Origin: Lama guanicoe
Lineage: Eukaryota
Reading direction: 5' to 3'
Length of the DNA stretch: 64,000 bases
Assembly (NCBI GenBank): GCA_013239625.1
Contig: MU053629.1
Location: forward strand, 4,739,567-4,803,566
Made by a program: the position numbers and the translations under genes
Shown here: positions 51,160 through 60,482 of the stretch, in pieces
How positions within the stretch are numbered: position 1 is the first letter of the stretch
Layout: the number at the start of each line of letters is the position of its first letter
The notes under the pieces: generated by a model
What the model saw: only the letters and a program-made list of their open reading frames with translations
The model's database searches: none
Told to the model about the DNA's origin: nothing

Positions 51160-52557
51160 CCAAGAAAGCCAAGACAATTTCATGGCGAGAGGATAATCTT
51201 TTCAACAGACGGTGCTGAGACAACTGATTATCCATATGCAAAAGAATAAATTTGGATCCCTACCTCACATCGTACACACAGAATTAACTAAGTGGATCAC
51301 AGACTGAAAGGTAGGAACTAAAACTATAAAGGTCTTAGAAAAAAATATAGGAATAAATCTTATCACCCAACTTCAGCAAAGCCTTCTCAGTTATGACAAC
51401 AAGAGCACAAGTAGCAAAAAATAAAATAAATTGGATGTCATCAAAATTAAAAACTTTTGTGCATCAAAAGGCACCATTAGATAGCAGGGGCGGGTATAGC
51501 TCAAGTGGTAAAGTGCATGCCTAGCATGCATGAGGTCCCAGGTTCAATTCCCAGTACCTCCTCTAAAAATAATAAATAAATAAACCTAATTATCTCCCCC
51601 CATCAAAAAAAAAAGACACAATTAGAAAATGAAAAGACAGCTCACAGGACAGGAGAGGATATTTGCAAATTAAATATCTGATAAAGGACTTGTTTCTACA
51701 ATATATGAAGAACACTTTCAATTCAATAATCAAAATACAAGTAGCCCAAGCTGAAAAAGTGGGCAATGGATCTGAATAAACATTTCTCAAAAGATGTACA
51801 AATGACTACATAAGCCTGTGAAAAGATGCTCAAAATTATTACTTATCAGAGAAATATAAGCTAAAACCACAAGAGATACCATTTCACATCCACTAGAATG
51901 GTATAATACAAAAGACAGATTTTTAAAAAGTGTTGTCCAGGATGTGGAGAAATCAGGGCTCTCATACATTACTGGTGAGAATGTAAAATGGTACAAAACC
52001 AGTCTGGCAGTCCCCTAAAAGGTTAAACACAGAGTACATCACATGACATGACAATTCTACACCTAGACGTATATACCCAAGAGAAATTAAAACATTAATG
52101 TTTATAGAAGCTTCATTCATAATAGCCAAAAAGTAGAAACAACCCACATATTCATTAGTGGATGAATAAACAAAATGTGGGTTAGCCATACAGTGAAATA
52201 TTATTAGGCAATAAAAAAGGAATGACGTACTGATACATGTTACAACGTGGATGAACCTTAAAAACATGCTCAGTGAAAGAAGTCAGACACCAAAGACCAT
52301 ATATTGCACATTTCCAAATGATACGAAAAGTCCAGAAAAGGCAAGTAGATTAGTGGTTGCCAGGTGATGAGGGATGGGGGCGGGGGATAGGGTGATAAGT
52401 AATGGGTGTGGAGTTTCTCTTTGGGGTTACGAAAATATTCTAAAACTGATAGTGGTGATGGTACACAACTCTTTGGATATGTGGGGGAAAAAAACATTGA
52501 ATTGTACACTTTAAATAGGTGAATTCTATAGTATGTGAATTACATCCCAAAAAAGCT
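51160..52557 (+). mobile_element. L1MB-like 3' fragment, interrupted by a SINE
   Basis: tcttttcaacagacggtgctg, aaaattaaaaacttttgtgcatcaaa, acgtggatgaaccttaaaaacatgct and tacactttaaataggtgaatt motifs. Confidence 0.88.
51487..51613 (+). mobile_element. tRNA(Ala)-derived SINE resembling camelid vic-1
   Basis: GGGG start, A box TAGCTCAAGTGG, B box GGTTCAATTCC, (AATA)n tail and poly(A). Degenerate TSD AAAAGRCACMATTAGA at 51466-51481 and 51611-51626. Confidence 0.85.
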
Positions 52558-54467
52558 CAGGCTGTCCCAGCAAGCAGACTGGACTCCACCCTTGTTCAGG
52601 CAGCTGTCCAGAGCTGATCTTAGTCTGCCACGGAAGGGGGACTAACAGGTGCCGAGCACCTACTCTGTGCCATCTGCTTTGTGCAGGGCTGGGACTAGAG
52701 AGAGGATTTTTAGGAGCCTGAGACTGATTCCTTGCTTAAATTGTGTGCCCTGGCCACTCAACCTACCCTGGTCCTGCCTATGGGCCATATACCCAGCACC
52801 TTATTTAATCCTTATGACATCCTGTGAGATCCAGGATATCTCTGACCCTGTGAGGCCAAGAACTACTTTACAGGTGCAAGTTTGGAGACTCAGAGCAGAA
52901 CTGGGATTCGAACCCAAACCTTGCTGGCTCTTAAGTCTGTTCTCTTTCCACCCCCTCCCCCCACCATGCATGTGGAAGAAGCCCTGGGGAGGAAGCCCTC
53001 GCCACCAGGGAGAGCCCAGCCAGCCTGCCAGCTGCTCCCCCCCTGCCTGCCAGAGCCTAACCCCTCCTCCTGGGAGAACCAGCCTTCGGAGGGTCTGCCT
53101 GAGTAGACTGGCCCGCATCTGTGTGGAAGGTGAGAACCCCAAGACCCACTGTGCTCCCCCCGGGGATCCCAGAGCCTTCAACTCTTGAAGAACCAGATTG
53201 GCCACTGGACACCAAAGGCACCATTCAATCACTGTGGCCAGCAAGCCAGCTCACAGCCTTTACATTCAAGTGTTATTCACTCATGTATTTAAGAAATATG
53301 TTGAGCACCTACTGTGTGCTCGGCCCTGGGAATACAATAGCAAACAGAACATTCCAGTGGGAACGACAGATAACACTCACAAACAAATCAGGAAACAGTA
53401 ACCAGTGAACAATCCATTGATGAAAATAAAATAGCATGAGACAGACAGGGATGAGGGGTCCAGGCAAGCAGGCAGGCTTAGAGGAGGCCCTGCGTGGTGT
53501 CCAGAAGGGGCCGCTGAGGCTTCTTGAGGGCAGGCACTGGGAAGAGAAATCAAGGGGCAGAAGCCTCTAGGAACCATTGAACTTCCTTGGTGTGTTTCCT
53601 TGGGTTGGCAGAGAATGTCTAAGCACCCACCCAGAGGTTCCCCTGTGCTAAGGACTTTATTAGCCCCTTGGGGCTAAGCTAGGGTTGTCAGGAGGGGAGC
53701 CCTTGGGAGAAGGGAGGCAGCTGGGACTAAACTAGAAATTTGAGGGTGAAGAGCAAATACCTCTGCTCAGGCCTTGGAGGCTTCTATGTCTGGTTGGGGC
53801 AAGTAAGTCTGCCCTGGGCGCCTCCTAGTCTGCCCCAGGGTGGGTAGAGTCAGACCAAAAGGCCTTCCAATCATCTTCAGGGTCCCCTGGCTCTTCCCCT
53901 CCCCCAAGCTTAAGCAACCCACACTCAAGCAGAGTCCAAGCCCCACCAGCCACCCCTTCAGGGCTGCAGGAGAGAGATGTTCACCTGCCGCGCTCTTGGG
54001 CCTCCAAGTGAAGCAATCCTTCACTCCGGCAAAGTGTCGGGTCAGTGTGCCCATCCTACAGATGCACACACTGAGGCCAAGTCGAGGTCTATGGTCACTC
54101 AAGGGGTCAGCAGAAGAACTGTATCCAGGCCTCGACTTTTCTGCCTCCTTTTGATGTCTCAAGGAGTGAGGAGTCCTCCGCAGAGAGGAGCGCTGGCCTG
54201 GCCTCTGATCCCCAAGAGCCGGGTCTGGGTGTCAGGAACCAGGAGTGCGTGGCCTTCGGCAAGTTCGGGCCCTCCAGGATCTTCAGCCTTCCCGCCAGCA
54301 GCAGGGCGAGGTGGGCACCTCTCAGCACTTTCGCGTGAGATCTGTGGTGCCTGCCTCCCAGCAACCTCTCCTCTGCTCAGGGCTGCGGCCAGCAGGCCCC
54401 GCCCAGCCACCTTCATTTGCTGGGCCTGGGCCGGCCGCAGCGCGAGGCTAGGATCTATCCGGCCGTC

Positions 54468-54765
54468 GGATTAATATCCAGATATTAAGTAAACAATAAA
54501 TTAGCAAAACTACAAGAAAATTTTACAGCCCTTTGCATTTGGCAATCATTGAGTGTTAATTAGAAATTCATTACAATTAAAACCCTGCCTAAACAGGGCC
54601 TGCGCGCCTTAATTACATCTGATTTTTAATTCAGAATACGTGTTTACACAGTAAGCGCTACGTACCCCATGATTATCCCCAATCCTCTTTATACTGTACT
54701 AATTATGTAAATTAAACCTAATTAACTGACGAAAACTGCCGTTAATTCAACTGGTAAAAGATATG
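54468..54765. promoter_or_regulatory. Homeodomain-site-dense AT-rich element, candidate enhancer
   Basis: AT-rich island in GC-rich DNA. TAATTA at 54557, 54610, 54700 and 54719, many other TAAT/ATTA cores, and FOX-type GTAAACA and TGTTTAC. Confidence 0.65.
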
Positions 54766-55364
54766 TGCTTGCGGAGGAGGCGCGGCCGCCCAGCCCCAGC
54801 CCAAGCCCAAGCCAGAGCCCGAATGGGCGCAGGCCGCCCGGCTGCGTGGACGCGACGCCGGGGACGTGGAGGCAGCACGGACCCGTCTGGGGCTGGGGTG
54901 GGGGAGCACGCCAGGCGCGCTCCTCATCTGGAGTCCCGCCCTCTGACCCTCCGACCCTGGGGCACCCCGCAGCGGTTTAAAGAGAGAGAATCGGCGCCAG
55001 TGGGGGTCAGAAAGGCCCAGGGCACCGACTCTGACGGGCTCCCCAGGCTCTGGGTAAGGCCACAGGACTCAGAGCCCCCTCTGAGCAGGAGGAGTCTCAC
55101 CCTCCCTCGTCTGAGCTTGAGTTCAAGTCCCAGGGCTGCCCGGCACCTGCTGCCTGCATCTGAGCAAATGACTTGGCTTTGCTAGGCCTGTTTCCTTCTC
55201 TTGGAGTGTTACGAGGGCGGTCATAGCAGCTCCTCGTGAGCTACAGGGCGCTGCACATTCCTTGCACTCCCTTCACTAAATGAGGCCCTCCAGGCAACGG
55301 TGTATGGGAGATCAGCCTGCATCTTTTATTGACCAAGGCACCTGAGTGGGTTGGCTTCCACCGT

Positions 55365-55478
55365 CTGACCCTCAGTTTCCTCCCTGTAAAATGGGAATAA
55401 ATAATCTCTACCTATTTCAAGGGCCGTTGTGAGAAAGGATTCAGCAAACTGTAAAATGCTCTCCACGGTGTTACTAAC
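55365..55478 (+). mobile_element. MIR SINE
   Basis: cctcagtttcctccctgtaaaatgggaataaataatctctacct...gttgtgagaa. Confidence 0.75.
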
Positions 55479-55663
55479 CCATTGGACACTGATCCAGAGC
55501 TGAGCCCAGGCCAGACCCCAAGACCCGCTCCCTGGAGGTCGCTGCCCCTCAGGCGGGCGGCGGCGGCACCTCCCCCGCCCCTTTCAGCGCGCCCTCGGTC
55601 TTCCTCCGGTCCAGACCCGGCCTGGGGAGCAGGGTGGGTTTGCGAGGCCGGACCGAGGCGCGG

Positions 55664-55689
55664 GGAGCTGTCCGCAGCTTGGTGCTGAA
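55664..55689 (-). promoter_or_regulatory. Non-canonical split RE1/NRSE (REST) site
   Basis: Minus strand reads TTCAGCACC-AAGCTGC-GGACAGCTCC: both half-sites intact, 7-nt spacer. Confidence 0.6.
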
Positions 55690-56774
55690 CGGAGACGCAG
55701 GGGTGACCCTGCACCGCCCAGGTGCGGCAACACATCAAGGGAACTTTTGTCTGAGAATTCCCTAGGGCTCGAAGCCGGTTTGCCGGGAATGCCCTGGAGG
55801 CGTTGCTGGCCCTCACAGTACAATGAAGGCAGGACAGACAGGCCCTGCTTAGGGGGACCTTCCCCATCCTCTTTTCTCTCCCACTCCCCACTACCCCCGG
55901 GGCGTCCTGGCTCCGCGATCGTTGTCACCACCATACTGAATTCTGAGATGCCTTTAAAAAAATCATTAGGAGACTAAGAATAATTACCGAACGGGATTGT
56001 AATTATGGGTGGGGAGACTGGCCGAGGGAGGGGAGATGAGCAGGTGGAGGCTGGGGGCAGCTGCCGGGCTGGGGTGGAAAATAGGTTCCTGTTTTCCTAG
56101 CAGGCTACTAGGGAAGTGAGGGTGAGAGGGTAGAGATCGTCAGAGTTAGAACGGGACAGAGGGAGAGCCTGGGAAAGAGGCGCCAATGGAGGGGCCAGAG
56201 TCAGAGAGAAAAGGGGCTGAGCAGGCTCTGGGAGGGAAGAAAGGCGGGGAAATCCGAGAGGGAGAAAGCCCGGAACTGAGGAAGGAGAAAGAGCAAGAAC
56301 CCCTCTAGAAGAGATCCTGCAGCAGAGACAAAACCCTCAAACTTGAGGGGTAGCTTTCTCGGCTTTGGAAAACACGTTAGCCGAGGTGAGAAGGGAGTGG
56401 CAAACGAGTCCTCAGGCCTGGCCACCCCCTCTCTCTGCAGGTAGGCCTGGGAGATCCGCTTGCATCCTCAGAGGCGTTTCCCAGGGTCCCTTTGAGCCCC
56501 CGGAGAAGGAAAAAGCACAAGGGAGAAGTGGAGGAGAGGGGAGACGAACCCCAGAGGAACCGGAGTTTAGGAGGGGAGAGGGCCTGTAACCTGGAGCAAG
56601 AGAGAAAACGAGGGGGTGGGGGCGAGAGCGACCCGGCGCCGCTGGCCGCGGAAGATTTATGGCGCCGCCCGAGTTCCAAGGACAGGCTGCGCTCGTCGCT
56701 GCTGCCACTGTCGGTAGCCTCCGTGGCCGCTGCGCCCCCTGCCCGGGCGGCCCGCCGCGCCCCGGGCCATGCCT

Positions 56775-56876
56775 GCCATTATTAACTTCTGTTTGATTAG
56801 GGTAATTGTTCAAACTTGGGCCGGACAGTATGATTAATTACAGTTTAATTAACGTGTCCATTAAGGACACTTAATG
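56775..56876. promoter_or_regulatory. Homeodomain-site cluster, candidate enhancer
   Basis: TGATTAAT at 56831, TAATTA at 56835 and 56846, and further TAAT cores, embedded in CpG-rich DNA. Confidence 0.6.
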
Positions 56877-57579
56877 CGGGGGGTGGGGGGCGGGTGGATG
56901 CGAGGGGGCGCCTGGGTGCGGGCAAAGAGAGAGGGAGTGTGACTGGCAACTTAAATGAAGTAAAGGCAACTTAAATGAGAGAGAAGGAGAAGAAGCTGAC
57001 CTACTGGGGTAGTGAGGGGAAAGAATGGTGAAGATAGAAATCAACAGAGAGAAAAGGGAGGGTGGAGAGAGATGGAGCTCTGGGAAGAGGGAAGGTGCCA
57101 CAGGCGTCTGCAGCGTCAGGGGCTAGACCCCCACCACGGGGAAACTGAGTTAACAGGAGAGCAAGAGAGTAATCTAGCCGTCAACTAATAGTTGACCCCA
57201 GATATCTCCCAGAGATGACTTGGCTCCAGCCCTGGATGGTTGGTGTTGGTGGGGGGAGATTCAAAGCCCGGGACCTCCCAAACCTAGTTCCAGAGTCCAC
57301 ACCTCAGTGAAGAAGGCAGAAGTCACCCCTCCCCAGGCTGGAACTGTCCTGACACCTCCCATCCAAGTCAGAAGCTGTGAGAGAGTTGATTCTGCCCCTT
57401 CCCAGCTGCCATCCCCTAGTACCCCACACCCAGGTCTCTGCCCCAGCTCCCCACACTACTCTGCAGTACCCCTCCCCGTGTCCTGAGCCTTCCTTAGCCC
57501 CAACACTCAGCCTTAGCCCGGCTCGCTCCTGGCCCCTTAGTGGGGAGCGCTGGGATTGCTCCACTTTGTTCTTCGAGGC

Positions 57580-58250
57580 AAACTTTGTGGCCCCGGGTCC
57601 TTCCTCCCTCCTGGCCCCCTTAGCTTGTTCGGGCCCCAGGTGCCGGGCGCAGGGCGCAGGTGTGCGGCCGCTTACCTGGGGTGCGCAGGCCCAGGGGCTG
57701 CGGGAAGGCGGCGGGCGCGGCGCGTGGCCCGCGGGCTAGAGGACCCCGGGAGGGCGCGAGTGACTGCGCGATCAGTGGGTGTGGCGCCCCGGCTCGCAGC
57801 TGTCAGGCGCGCCAGCCCCGCGCTGGCCTCATCACTCGGGTTGTGACCGCGCCGTGCCCGTCGCCGCGCCATGCGCTCCAGGCTTCGGCCTCCGTTTCGG
57901 GCCTGTCCGGGGCCTCAGGGGCAACGGCGCAGGGCACAGGTCTCCGCGCCCAGGGCCCTGGAGCCCCGCGCCTGCTGAGAGCCCGCGCAGCGCGGGAGGG
58001 GCCAGCGGGGCCGCGGGTGTGAGCGCGGGAGCCCGGGAGCGCGGCTGTGCGCGCGCGCGGGGAGGGGCCGCGCCGTCACCCGGAGAGCCCGGCGGATCCC
58101 GGACTCCCGCCCGCCGCTCCTCCCGCCGCGCACCTCGGCTCACCGCTCGCCCGGCTCCAGCCGCCAACGCCGCACGGTGAGTACCCGCTCCCGGTCGCCT
58201 GCTGCCCTCGCGCCCTGTCCCTACAGCTTTTTTTCGTTTAGTTCCGATTT
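57580..58250. promoter_or_regulatory. CpG island, candidate SKOR1 distal promoter
   Basis: Very high GC and CpG density (gcgcgcgcgcgg runs, GC-box-like motifs). Confidence 0.8.
57780..58176 (+). other. SKOR1: Probable upstream 5' exon of SKOR1 in a CpG island (5' boundary unknown)
   Basis: Consensus donor ACG|GTGAGT at 58176/58177 at the 3' edge of a very CpG-dense block. Composition turns T-rich shortly after. Confidence 0.55.
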
Positions 58251-59846
58251 GGGTTCTTGTGGTGGTTGTTTTTATTATTATACCTGAAGACTCCATCGCC
58301 TCACTCTCTCTGCTGCCTGCCTGCTGCCTCGTTGCCCTCTCCACGCTCACCCCTCAAGCCCCAGCAGCCAGCGAGGGCTCCCCGAGACACCCTGGCCGCT
58401 GCTCCTTGTCGCTGCACACAGCCCTTTGCCCCGGCTTTCCGCTCGAAATTCGACTCCTTTCCTAGGGCCCCCCTTCTCCTGTCTCCGGAGCCCCCTCCTC
58501 CCACTCAGGGAAACCCCGGGGGGACTCCAGACCCTCAGCTTGGGGAGGACGCCCTCGGCTCCAGGCGCTCTCTTCACTGCACGCGGGCAGGACACAATTG
58601 CCGATTTCGGGAAACCGAGAAGACCTCGTTATTTCCTAGGGCCAAGGCTCTCCAGCCACTTACCTGGCCTGCCCGAGAGCCCTTCAGCGGGGATGTGGGG
58701 CTTTTCTTGCTGATCCCTCAGCTGGGGAGTTAGGACAGCGTTTTTACTTTCTAAAATGTTAAAGGGGACTTCAACGCAAAAGGAGGGTCAACTAGTTTCA
58801 ATTTGATCCACGGAGATAAAGATGAAACAGACAGGTAACAAATAAATAGCTTGATACTTGAAGAAGGTATGAAGACAGATGGGAGAAAGAGGAGAGACCT
58901 GGGAGAGACAGACAGCTCAGGGACAGATAAGATCGACAGATGAGGGGCACCTAGACAAACAGGGAGGTAGGGAGACAGAAGATCCCAGTCTCTTTGATGA
59001 GGCTTTTGAGCTCGGATCCCCTGTCCTGCTGGAGCTGCCCCTCTGAAAATGAATTTGCCTTTGCTGCCGAGTTTAGAGGAGGGGTCGTCAGGACTGAGCT
59101 GCCTGGGCCGCAGGAGCACCTGCAGCCATGGGCCGGATGGGAGCTTTCCGTGTCGGAGGACACGTGGCGGGGCTGGGCCACCTAGGGGCCCCAAGCATCA
59201 GTCCCCAGGTCCTCGCGCTGCTGATGTCGTCGGTCGTGGCTATCTCCCGGCCTCAGCCAGAAAGCAAAGCTTGGGATCGGCGGTAACTTTTGACATGGAG
59301 CCTTTTGGTGGCTTCAGAGACCATCCAGGATTCCTCTCAGCCCATATGAATCAAGACAGCCGGGAATGAAGGATACTCAAAAAGGAGAGGCCCCTCCCTC
59401 AAAGAGGAAGCCCAGAGTCTGGAGAGACTGCATTTGGCCATAGTGGTAAAGGCATACCTGAAGGAGGAAAACTTAGGGAGTGGGCGGCTAGAAGCAAAGG
59501 AGAAGTGGCTTCTGAGAAACTTCCTTGAGAACCTCTCTGTCCCACGTGCTGACCCAGAGGGAAGCCAGCTTTGGTCTGGAATGCAGCTGAAAATTCAGGA
59601 AATGTGGTTAGGAGTTGCTTGACCCTGATCCCACTGATGGCTGGGGAAAAAAAAAACAACAAAAACGGTTTACACTTCCAGCCAGAATCTTTCTATTCAA
59701 CGAACGCGGGACTCCGAGCGTAGGAGGAGAAGCAAGTGTTTGTGGAAAGTAGCTGTTATCCCGGGGAGCCGCCTTGGCACGGAGCTGGGTGCAGTGGGGA
59801 CAGCTCTGGGGCTGGGCGCATAAGGCATGCTTTGAAGAGAGTCGGG

Positions 59847-59867
59847 TTCAGCACCGCGAACAGCGGT
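59847..59867 (+). promoter_or_regulatory. Canonical-spacing RE1/NRSE (REST) site
   Basis: TTCAGCACCGCGAACAGCGGT versus consensus TTCAGCACCnnGGACAGCGCC. One mismatch in the right core plus a divergent 3' tail. Confidence 0.55.
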
Positions 59868-60102
59868 CTCCTCAGCCTCTCCCCGCCTCCCTCACGGCCT
59901 CCAGGCCCTCCTCTTCTCTTTGCCCCCCCGCCCCGCCCCCTGCCGTCTGGAGATGGGCAGTGACCGCCCCTCCCCCCTCCCTATTCCTCCCTGCGCTGCC
60001 CCCTCCCGCCCGCGTGCATGCGCGGCTGAGCAGAGGAGCGGCCTGTCCCCGAAGTCCCGGCTTCAGGACCCGGGCGGGTAGGGTAGGCTGCGAGGGTGGC
60101 CG

Positions 60103-60225
60103 AAGGCACACAGATCTGGGTGCCAGGAAGCCTGGGTTCCGCGATGGCTTTGCTGTGTGGCCTTGGGCAAGTCACTTTCCGTCTCTGGGCCCCACCTTCT
60201 CCCCAATCCGAAAACGGGATTGGGT
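60103..60225 (+). mobile_element. MIR SINE overlapping the SKOR1 MALLCGLG exon
   Basis: cctgggttc...gctgtgtggccttgggcaagtcactttccgtctctgggcc...aaaacgggat matches the MIR core. Confidence 0.7.
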
Positions 60226-60251
60226 TCCTAGCTACTGGGGGCATTCATGAG
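60144..60251 (+). other. SKOR1: Homolog of the annotated human/mouse SKOR1 first coding exon (MALLCGLGQVT...ENGIGFLA), apparently frameshifted here
   Basis: ATG at 60144 gives MALLCGLGQVTFRLWAPPSPQSENGIGFLA, matching the recalled human N-terminus. Weak donor GAG|GTCTCA. The 108 bp length is out of phase with exon 2. Confidence 0.7.
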
Positions 60252-60482
60252 GTCTCAATTACCCCTCCTCCTCCTCCAAACCCCGCGGGCTTTTGTTCCG
60301 GTGCCAACATATGTCTAAATAACAAAAAGCCCCCGTCTAGGGGGCGAATGAGCTTGAACTCCCCATTGCCAAGTTTCTCCGCGCCCCGAACTCGGCGTGC
60401 CCTGCTGGGCGGACCCGAGCCGCGGAGGCTCTGAAAATGGCTTATCGGCTCTCTACTTTCTCTGTTTCGCAGGAGCGGCGGC

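Noticed and set aside
51487..51560. Possible tRNA-Ala gene
   Set aside because: Imperfect stems, a SINE tail with poly(A) and a TSD show that it is a SINE.
60329..60347. CTCF-like motif or hairpin GCCCCCGTCTAGGGGGCG
   Set aside because: Only a partial match to the CTCF core in GC-rich DNA. Cannot be supported without a matrix score or ChIP data.
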